DNA of 36,858 nt from Acanthaster planci (Eukaryota), in assembly GCF_001949145.1 (NCBI RefSeq), contig NW_019091361.1, positions 2,899,825-2,936,682 on the forward strand, given 5' to 3'. How positions within the stretch are numbered: position 1 is the stretch's first letter; each line of letters opens with the position of its first letter. Shown one piece after another: positions 1-10,719 of this stretch. Below the pieces are notes generated by a model that worked only from the letters and a program-made list of their open reading frames with translations, was not told the origin of the DNA and ran no database searches. The translations under genes were made by a program, and so were the position numbers.

Positions 1-366
1 CCAGTTAAAGATGAAGCCATTGCTTGAGACAAGTCAACTTACTTTTAAGAAAGAGTAGTCAACTAACTTTCAAGAAAGACACATAACATCCACAGCATTT
101 GGCCTTTTGCAAACCTAACTGGACCCCCCTTGTTAGCACCCACTTGATCACACAGAACTGTAAGACTGGGTGAAATCTTTATGACTTTCCTCTAAAGACT
201 AAACCTGACACTGCCTTCACTGCCTTTCCTGATGAACTGTTTGTGGTACACTGATGACAGTAAACTGTGAACGAACCTTGACCCACTGCTCTAATCTAAT
301 CCACCAAACAATTGACTAATGTTGTTTTCTTGTTTCAAAATGAGAGACTGTTAACTCAATCATTAC

Positions 367-561
367 CTTGCAAAATTTCTGGTGCCTGATGATGTCTTGG
401 TGAGGGTCTGCTTGGGATTTCAGCTAGCACTTGGGATGTCATCTCATCTCTCTGACACTGCTGTCCAATGGAGCTGGGGCCTTTGTCACGTTGCTTGCTC
501 CTCCAAAACAATCTGGAGAGTACTGATTGCATTCTGGATGGCTTTTGTGCAGACTGGGCTG
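367..561 (-). CDS. Putative internal exon of the same unidentified gene
   Basis: tctgtgcctag| acceptor, CAAG|gtaatg donor, 195 nt, phase 1-1, open frame AQSAQKPSRMQSVLSRLFWRSKQRDKGP...APEILQ. Confidence 0.5.
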
Positions 562-2172
562 CTAGGCACAGACAGAGAATATTTTGAAAATCTCAACAGC
601 ACGTATGCCTGATATGTATAAGTCATCCCTGTCACGAAACCAAAGAGTAGGCACACCTCTGCTCGAAGCTGTACATGCATAAACTGTTTCTGCTTTCATT
701 CATTTCTGTTTTCCTTGAGGGCTTTCATGTGTAGATCTATCCCAGAGCAAATCTTTATGATGGACTGGAGTTATACCAGGAGTCATACACTGTAACCTTT
801 GCAACATTGAAAAGCAATGTCTTCCTACATGTACAGAACAAAGTCACAAAAACAATTTGATTTACAGGATCTGCTTTCAGATAAATGCCTGACAGATCTC
901 ATATACCTCCCATTCAAATAGTCAAAACTTACAGGTACAGTCTCTGTTCTTCATAAACCATGCACATGAACAATATTAGAAGTTATCCTAAATAGTTATA
1001 ATTTTGGTCAAGCAAGAGCATCAATCCATTTTGAAAAGTGTGGGGGCGGGGAACATGGCCCTGATCAGAGTGAATGTGAGCACAAAGTGAGAAGCCCTGA
1101 GTGGCATGGGGTCCAAATAGATGCTCTGTGGTGTGATCTGAGACAAGTTCTGGCTACTTTAGCCAGTTTTTTCAACAAAGACTTTTTCAAGGTATACATT
1201 GTCAATTAGGTTTTGAAAAAGGGGGGGGGGCACGTCCCCCCCCACCTGACACCAATTGATGCCTATGGGGGTCAAGTGATCTGTGGAAAGATGTATCAGA
1301 CATAATTGCTTTGGTTGCTGCATTTGAAACAAGGACTAAATCGTGTAAATGTTGTATCTTCCAGTGCAACTGCAAACAAACACCAATTCAAGCAAAGTTA
1401 CAAAGCAATGCATACGCTGTTTGGTAAACACAAAGGAAAGTCTGTGACCTTGTAGTCGCCAAGTCCCTAATTTCGCCACCAATTGTCAAGGCTGATTGGT
1501 TTTCACATTACATGGTGAATTAAGGGGCCTGGGTCACTCACGTTACATATCTAACGTCAGGATTTGGCTATGTAGTGAGTGAACAGCAGGAGTACGCATA
1601 CAGCAATAGATGGTGGCCATTACTTCACCTCTGTCATGTCGGTGAGGTTCAATAAATTACACAAGTACCAGCAGATGTACATATAGCTCCCATGGGATAT
1701 TTATGATAAGAGCTATCCGTTACCCCATTTATTCTTTAAAGCACTAAGGGCAAAATAGTTCTTTGCCCTGCAGCATGAGGATTCTTAATATCAACTCAGT
1801 ATAAATACATGCAGTTCACGATGATTGTTTCAGTGTGGGCAAAGGTTCACATTATAAAGGCCAAATCTTCAGTGAAGATACCCATGATAACAGGTGGTCG
1901 ATGATATTTTCACAATAATTTTAGGATCTGGCCTACCATCCACCCAGCAAGTGAATTTATCTACTTAAGTTTTTACCCAAGCAAAACTAAAGCTCAGCGA
2001 ACGAAGACAACAGGGCACTTAAAAATCACAGTTGAAGTGAATAGTTTGTACCTTGACAGTTTGTAATTTGCCTCTGATGACTTGCAAGTGATCACTTGCA
2101 AGTTATTAGACTCAGCAAAGACTTCAAATTAATTTGCTGAATATACTGTTATTTGCTACAACACATAACTAC

Positions 2173-2331
2173 CAGGATTCCCGCCTTCACTGGATACATC
2201 AGCAGCTGTACATGACAGATAATGAGATACTGGCTTGTCTTGTCCTCCATCCTCAGCCGACAAGTCGGAGGGGAAGTCTTGGTCATTTGATGCAGGCATC
2301 TCCACTCCTTTCCCCTCCTCACCTGACTTCT
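2173..2331 (-). CDS. Putative internal exon of an unidentified gene running off the left edge
   Basis: ttttcttgacag| acceptor, |gtagtt donor, 159 nt, phase 1-1, open frame KSGEEGKGVEMPASNDQDFPSDLSAEDGG... (acidic, disordered). Confidence 0.5.
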
Positions 2332-3832
2332 CTGTCAAGAAAATGTAAAATCCGATTTTAATATAATGAAGTTACACATGAACATGTATAACAAAAACGT
2401 TCTGGTGAAAGTCAAATGACACCATGTTGGTTATGGTCCAATTTCTGGATTTGGTTTAATTGAGCAGTGCATAACTAAGCACTAATTATGCTCATTACTG
2501 GTGTTTATTATGCCATACTTGCACTAATATAGCACGGATTATTGATGAACAAACCATTATACAAAATCAGTTGCGAAAGCACAAACATTTGTACATTATG
2601 ACCAATATAATAGCTATCACACCTGGGAGTGCCTCCAGCATGATTGAAGAGATGAACATTAACAAATAAAAACACAAATAACAACATGTCAACATACATG
2701 TACATGTAGCCTTCAACATACATGTAATGGCTAATTATGAATACAAGGAAACATCATGAAATTACTTGATGAGTTGTGTTTGCTCGTGTCCCCAATCAAG
2801 CCAGGACCTGTATCTGGGGTTCTACAATATTTTCTTCAAGGCCATGTTCCTTGACGGAATACATGGTGGAGGAGCTGTTCACAATCAGAAATGGTTTGGG
2901 GAATAAGTCGGCGCTAATACAGAGTGATTAAGCCATCCAAATCTCACTTCGTCCACAGCTTACACCAACGGGGTTTGTAAATAATACGCTGCATCCATCA
3001 ACAACAAAAGTTGGCTTAAACCGTGCCAAAAAACTCCAAAGGTTTCATTGATTTCCAGGTATGACATGCCTATCATGCCTGTGGGTTACATCCTTGGGTG
3101 TAGATGCCCAGATCCATATGCTGGCAATGTAAGCAAAAGAGAAACAGACTCCATGTAGGCCCTCTTGATGTCCAAATTTTGGAAATGCAAGTTTTTAATG
3201 CCAATTAAGACCACTCAATTCTCACACATTGGCTAAAAACCTTGCCAGGGGCACAATTACCTGCAACCTTCAAGGGTTCCTCATTTGAAAGATGGACTTG
3301 TGAATATGTTACAAGGCACATCTACGTATACTTTTACCTAAGTATCTGCATGTTTCATTTTAAAGTGTTTCCTGCAGAACGTTGGTTGGTTCAGATTTCA
3401 TATCCCGATGGGTGGAATTTTGGTGCACTGCTGAGGTGACACAGTACAGTGTACATGAACAAGACCTGCATCAAAGAAAACACATACAGGCCTAAATAAA
3501 CACCAGATTGATAACAAAAGAGTAAAAAAGACCATGATCTACATGAATCATTCAGCATGTTCAGCCTTGTTTCTGGGTTATTAAAATGAAGAATTTTCTG
3601 CATTGCAATCAATTGTTCAGGGAGTACGATGGGGGAATCCCCAAAATCACATTTCCTGCGCCTACATCGTGTGCCTTGCTCTATGACTGCTGTGCAATAT
3701 TACAGAAACACTACATCGCTTGTTGAGGATTATGTGACTGTAAAGTACAAACCTACTCCAGCTAAGCAGGTATTGCACTGGCAAGAAACCAGTTCCACAT
3801 CCGCATCCATTTTCTTCACGCAGTCCACAAGC

Positions 3833-5023
3833 GCAGTACCTTTGTTTTTATGAATTATAGAGGGCGCTGTTAAAAACAATCATTTTGAATCATCAATCAT
3901 CATTGTCCATTCGCCTCCAGCTCTGATATCGAAAACGCTTTCAGACCCTAGGCTGTTAAAATGACATTTGAGGCCCCGAGCTAGCTAGGCCCAGCTCCGT
4001 TTTTGTCCGTTTTTGTCCTGTCAACCAACAGAATTTATCTTCTTTTGCCAGCGTCTTTGTTGAAGGTTTTTGTTAGCCAACAGAGGGCGCTCTCCCACTT
4101 TCACGGAGGTTGCAGGCCAGTAAATAAACTGCCATACTGTGAAATACCCGAACTTCGAAAAATCAGGAAATTACTCCCGAATTTCCCAGGTGTTCGAGAC
4201 GCACATCAAATAAAATTTTGTTTTTTATTTTCTTTTCAAATTTCCTTTCATTAACCAATGACTTTTGAAGATTTACTTTACCCTAAAATGCAGTCGTGAA
4301 GCCCCTCGCCATTTTGAAATGATCGATGTCCCAACAAGTTGACCACTGGCTTAGCCCCCCCCCCCCACACAATCACACTTTTTTGAAAGGAGGGGGCATG
4401 TCCCCTGTAGGTAATGAGGTGGGGCTTAATGCATCTNGCAGTACCTTTGTTTTTATGAATTATAGAGGGCGCTGTTAAAAACAATCATTTTGAATCATCA
4501 ATCATCATTGGCCATTCGCCTCCAGCTCTGATATCGAAAACGCTTTCAGACCCTAGGCTGTTAAAATGACATTTGAGGCCCCGAGCTAGCTAGGCCCCGC
4601 TCCGTTTTTGTCCTGTCAACCAACAGAATTTATCTTCTTTTGCCAGCGTCTTTGTTGGAGGTTTTTGTTAGCCAACAGAGGGCGCTCTCCCACTTTCACG
4701 GAGGTTGCAGGCCAGTAAATAAACTGCCATACTGTGAAATACCCGAACTTCGAAAAATCAGGAAATTACTCCCGAATTTCCCAGGTGTTCGAGACGCACA
4801 TCAAATAATTTTTTTTTTATTTTCTTTTCAAATTTCCTTTCATTAACCAATGACTTTTGAAGATTTACTTTACCCTAAAATGCAGTCGTGAAGCCCCTCG
4901 CCATTTTGAAATGATCGATGTCCCAACAAGTTGACCACTGGCTTAGCCCCCCCCCACACAATCACACTTTTTTGAAAGGAGGGGGCATGTCCCCTGCAGG
5001 TAATGAGGTGGGGCTTAATGCAT
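3833..5023. repeat. Near-identical ~600-bp direct duplication (3833-4436 / 4438-5023) separated by a single N
   Basis: Both copies start gcagtacctttg and end ggcttaatgcat; they differ by a few substitutions and small indels; N at 4437. Confidence 0.95.
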
Positions 5024-7380
5024 TTGACTTTTAATGGTTAATGGCCGATGCCTGATGGTCTCTTTTACTGCCCCCAATATTTTGAAAATCGTTTCGCCGC
5101 CGTTGATGAACACCATGACTGCCCGGGCCGTGCTTAAAAGTTGCAAAAAAGTGACAGTGAATCATCATTAATGGCTTTAATCAGAATCAACCCCAATCCC
5201 CAGGTGTGCACGCAGGTGTGACATCACGATGACGTAATCACATGGTGTTTTGGGCAATGCCCACTCCTTCCCGCGTGCACATGGTTCCAAATTTGAGTAT
5301 GAAACAATGCGATGCGAAGCTGAATAATATTTGGAAGGATGACCATACAAAGTCTTCTTTTATTTGCAAAGGTGTCAGTATTAAAAGTAACAGCATACGT
5401 TACTAAATGAGGCAACATTAATAACTCAGTTAGTTTTCGGTTGGCTTTCAGTATAAAATGAAAAGAAAATGTCAATGGTTTTCTTGTGGATGATTCGTGT
5501 GAATCATTTCCATAACGGTGAACTGACAGATAAATACGAAAATGGTGCAAGTAAGGCGAAACTGGGTTTGTCATTATAGGAAGTGCTGAATCTTTTTCAT
5601 ACATTAAGCATTCACAAAGCAGTTCGACTAAATGACAATACTAGCGGACCACACTTTAACGTTTTTAATGCACAGTCTATATATGAATTTTTTGGAAATG
5701 CACATGTAAAAAATATCCATGTCTTGTTAGCGTCGGTGAAAAGTGAAAAAAAATGCACATATTTATGCAAATTATTTTTACAATTACGGCGACAATAATA
5801 GTGCTTCTCGCTACTCGTTTTCATTAAAATCCATGCTTTGGCATTATAAAAAACTGTTATTGCTGTTGCAGTTTTTTGAAAATCTTTTTCAAGTACTTGT
5901 TATTACAAGACTCCTTGGTTGATATTCACTCAGTTGTATCTCATCAAAATACAAAGCGGACGGAGATACGAGTTGAATTTGTACTTTTTTTAAGTGTAAT
6001 AATACACACACCACACCCATCGACTGTTACCGAGGCTCATAAAAACAGTGGCACTCAATACATGCCACGTGACGTAATGTATTGTAGTTTTATTATTAAT
6101 TGAAAAATATACAAAATGTTCAATACATTTTCTATATATTGTGAACAAGCTGATAGTATTACATATAAAACCTGAAATTAACTTACAAGTACGAGGCTAT
6201 TTTTCTAGTTTGAAGTAAAATCCTTTTTGAACAAAGTATATTTACAAGCACAAACAAGCCAACAAGATTTGACTGACTTGTTTCTTGATTAAGAAGGTTT
6301 GAACATAATGATTAAAAAAACTGCATGACAGACTGTCAGAATCTTTCATCTTTTACTTATATTCAGAATGTTGTAAAAATTGGCCGCCAAACTTTGAATT
6401 TAAGTCGCACAGTTAATTGAATGTTGGACTGTAAGGCCTGAAACATTTTCCTTACTATTCACTTAAGTATTAAATGTAACTGTCGTTTTCATTCATCATA
6501 TGTAATGCATGGTTAAAAGGTGCAGTCAGCAATAGCAAACTTTAGGCAGTCTTTACACTCCAGCTTTGCTCTCATACCGAGCTTAAAAGTCATACCTTCA
6601 CAAGCCTCAGCATTTTAAGATTATGCCTCCATCTCAAGTATACAAAGTTTATTGTTTCTCTTCAATTCACCTGTTACATTAGATTGAAATTGAATATTTG
6701 TTAGAACTGAAAAAGTCAAACATCAATGAAACAAGATCGTTTACCATTCGATTTTGCCATAGATTTTGAGATAACGGGTGTAGTACTGAGACTTAATTAA
6801 GACCAGCCTTCAAACCTTCTTCAGCGAATGCGTTTCGATTCTTTCACTGGTTCCTCCAGTGCATGTATAAATGGGAATAGAGAACAGGTACGCAACAACT
6901 TTTTTCTCAATTATTTGTTTTAATGACCTTGTGTCGGCCATCTTGATTTGAAAGTAAAGTTAACTTTTCAATTTGGGAACCTGAGAGTAAACATAACAGC
7001 AACAAATTAAAAGTTAAATTAAACACAACTTCATAGCACCACCCCAAACGAATTTACATTAAATATGGTAGACTCAGGGAACAAGATTTAAAAAACGGCT
7101 TCCGTGTGAACAAGATCTATTGTGTCTTGAATATTATATCTCAATGCTACCTACAATTTCAAATTAAAACCAAACTATGCTATGCCATGAAGTTACTCTT
7201 TTATGGATGCCATGTAATCTCCCCAATGTGGGCTAAATTTGAATATTTGTGTTGTTGCCAGGCATACTCCTAGATAATTTGCAGGAATGTCCATTGTAAC
7301 TTGGTTTCAATGTTTCCTGAACAATGTGCGGTAAATTCTAAATAAAAGGTTCATTCGTACTTGGCTCGAGACCAAAGATA

Positions 7381-7530
7381 AAAGCGAATTTATGAAGGCA
7401 GGTAAAAATATTCGCGCTGCGAATTCGCAAAAGATAAACACATTTCAACACGAGCGAAATTTTTCATAAATCTTTCGTGGCGTCAAATTCGGTTTGCGTT
7501 CACATTCGCCTGTAGTTTGAACCGGCCTTA
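7381..7530 (-). mobile_element. MITE-like fragment (possibly PIF/Harbinger-like), same family as 16764-16920
   Basis: Its reverse complement ttaaggccggttcaaactacaggcgaatg...gcgaattcgcagcgc...aaattcgcttt aligns to 16764-16918. Confidence 0.65.
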
Positions 7531-7591
7531 ACGTTCTTGTGATAGGCATAGACGTGAGCTCGATTATCATAGGATTCATGCATCGTTGTCA

Positions 7592-10500
7592 TTATTCAGA
7601 GACGGTAAAAATGTGGAATGTTATCATTTCTCCAAAGTCTATTCCTTCTAGATTTTGAACGGAGGCGAGTCCTCCATCACCGAGAGACAAAAAGAGCAGG
7701 GAAGGAACAGGAGCCAACGGCTCTGTAACTCCTCCGCTGAAATGATTGCTCGCTAAGTTGGCTATCTTGACATGACCAAGAGATGACAGCAAGTGAAAAA
7801 TGGCCTTGATATCACTGTCATCCAAACCACAGCCAGCCATAAATAGTCTGCTCAAGGATGGAAAAGGAACGACGTTTATTTCTGACAAACCGTGCAATCT
7901 GTTTGCGTTCAGGACAACAGTATGTAGGTTGGTGGCTTCTTCAAGTAGGGAGAACAGCGTCTCAATGTCATCGGGTGTCAGATTGCATTCGCTCAGATGC
8001 AGTTCACCGAGCGAAAGGACGGGAGTGATCTTGACAGGCAGCAAATCGTGCAAATCGTTCCCCTTCAGAACAACTCTCTCTATGCTGCCTGCTGTTGCTA
8101 GAAGAGAGAAAAGGTGTTCGACGTCGCTGTTTGTCAGACCACATTCGTACAGGTGCAGTTCACGAAGCGAAGGAACAGGGTCGATCTTGACAGGCCGCAA
8201 ACCGTACCAATAATAACTGATTGCTGACCGAGCACCTCTACCTAAGCTTGCCCCCACTGCAAACAGTGAGAAAAACAGAAAGCACAGAAAGGACAAGAAT
8301 AGGGACAGAAAATAGAAAGATGATCCACGTTCTGTCAAGGTTCGATCTTGTGGCTGATGGTTATGGGGCGATGCAGGCTTGATCATGACCGGCAGCAAAC
8401 CGTGCAAATCATTTCCCCTCAGAACACATTTGTCTACACTTCCAGCTTCTTTGAGGAGGGAGAAAAGTTGCTCAACGTCACTTTTTGTCAGACAACATTC
8501 TTGTAGCTGTAGTTCACGAAGAGAAGGAACAGGGGTGATCTTCATGGTCTCTAAACCATGCAAATCGTTTCCATGCAGAACGAGTTCCCTGACGCCGCCC
8601 ACTGCTGCAAGAAGAGAGAAGAGTGGCTCAACGTCACTGTTTGTTAGACCACATTCATGTAGCTCCATTTCACGAAGCGAAGGAACAGACGCGATGCTGA
8701 CATGCTGAAGACTATGCAGGCTGTTTCCCCTCAGAAGAACTACTTTTATGCTACCCAATGCTGCTAGAAGGGAAAACAGCGGCTCAACGTCAGTGCTTGT
8801 CAGCCAACACTCGTACAGGTGCAGTTCACACAACGAAGGAATAGAGGGGATCTGGGCATGATGCAAATTGGAAAACTTGTTTCCCTTCAGAACAACTGTC
8901 TCTATGCTACCCGCTGCTGCAAGGAGGGAGAAAAGTGGTTCAATGTCCCCGTTTGTGAGACAACATTCGTGTAGATGAACTTCAGAGAGTGAGGGAACAG
9001 GGGTGATTTCAACAGGCTGCAAATCATGCAAATCGCTTCCCTTCAGGACGACTGTTTTTACGCTGCCCGCTGCTCCAAGGATAGAGAAAAGGGACTCAAT
9101 GTCACTCCGTCTCAACTCACAACGTTGTAGCTGAATTACACAAAGCGAGGGAACACGGGCGATCGGAGCAGGCTGTAAATCGTGCAAATTGTTGTCCTTT
9201 AGAACGAGCGTGTTTATGCTGCCCACTTCTGCGAGGAGGGAGAAAAGGGGCTCAATGTCAGTGGGTGTCAGACAACAATCATACAGATGAAGCTCACACA
9301 GAGACGAAACACGGGTGATTTTGAAAGCCTGTAAGCCGTGTAAATCATTCTCTTTCAGGACAACTGTCCTGATGGTGCCAACTGTTACGAGGAGGGAGAA
9401 CAGTGGCTGGACGTCACTATTTGTCAGGTTACATTTGTACAGGTGGAGTTCACAGAGTGACGAAACCGGGACGATCTTGACATCTTGCAAACCACTTAAA
9501 TCGCCTCCTATGAGTACAGCTTTCCTGACCCTACCCACTCCTGCAAGAAGAGAGAAAAGGGGCCCGATATCACTGGTTTTCAGGCAACAGTCTTGTAGCT
9601 GCACTTCACAAAGCGAAGGAACTGGACTGATCTGCACAGGCTGCAAACCGTGCAAACTGCCTCCCGATAGACCGACTTTCACTACTCTACCTGCTGCTGC
9701 AAGGAGAGAAAAGAGTGGACCAATGTCAGCGATGGCTAGGTTACATTCTTGTAGCTGGAGTTCATTAAGAGACGGAACGGAATTGATCTTGACAGGCTGG
9801 AAACCGTGGAGATCGTTTCCATGGAGAACAACTGTTTTTACGCTTCCCGCTGCCTCCAGAAGAGAGAAAAGTGGCTCAATACCATTGCTTGTCAAGTTGC
9901 ATTCGTACAAGTGGAGTTCGCAGAGCGAAGGAACAGGTTGGACCTGGCCATGGACAGGCTTCAAACCACTCAAATTACTTTCCGACAGGACTAACTTCCT
10001 CATGCTGCCCACTGCAGCAAGAAGAGAAAACAGTGGCCCCATGTCAGTGTGTGCCAGGTTACATTCATGTAGCTGCAGTTCACAAAGCCCAGGGATAGGG
10101 GGAATCTTGTCACTAATGTCAGGTTGCATTCCGTGAAAATTGCTTCCGGACACAGCAACTTCCTTTATGCTGCCAGCCATTGCGAGGAGAGAAAAGAGTG
10201 GCTCTATATCACTGGTCGTCAGGCTGCATTCTTGTAGCTGCAAGTTACAAAGTGACGGAACTTTGGTGATGCTGATAGGTTGCAACCCGTGCAGATTATT
10301 TCCTTTCAGCAAGCTGTCTTCACACTTCCCGCACCTGCCAGAAAGGAGAAAAGTGGCCCAATGTCACAGCATGTCAGACTACACTCTTGTAGCTGTACTT
10401 CGCAAAGCGAAGGAACTGGAGTGAGGTTGTCGGCCTTCAAATCGTGCAAATCGTTTCCATGCAAAATAACTTTCTGTATGGTGTTGGCTGCTGCTAGGAG

Positions 10501-10719
10501 GGAAAAAAGTGGTGCAATGTCAGTGCTCGTCAGATTGCATTCGTGAAGCTGTAGCTCAGTAAGGGAAGGAACCGGGGTAATACCGAAGGGTTGCAAACCA
10601 TGCAAATCGCTTCCCGAAAGAATAACTTTCGTTATGCTGGCCGCTGCTTCTAGGAAGCAGAAAAGTGGCTTGATGTCCCTGTTAGTCAGATTACATTCGT
10701 GCAGCTGTAGTGCACACAG
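7592..10719 (-). CDS. NLR terminal exon part 2: LRR array (ORFs 10306..10767 and 7592..10312, joined across frameshifts)
   Basis: The 52-aa repeat SLCELQLHECxLTxxDIEPLFSLLAAAGS-IKTVVLKGNDLHGLQPxxITPVP continues in register across both frame changes; stop TAA ends at 7592. Confidence 0.9.

Noticed and set aside
3340..3465. THAP-like fragment (FCRKHF) on the minus strand
   Set aside because: Only one short motif, with stops and no consistent frame
3833..5023. 600-bp tandem duplication as a real segmental duplication, including twin ORFs 4003..4254 and 4640..4846
   Set aside because: The copies abut exactly at a single N and differ like alleles, which is typical of unmerged overlapping contig ends; the ORFs lie in repeat-derived sequence
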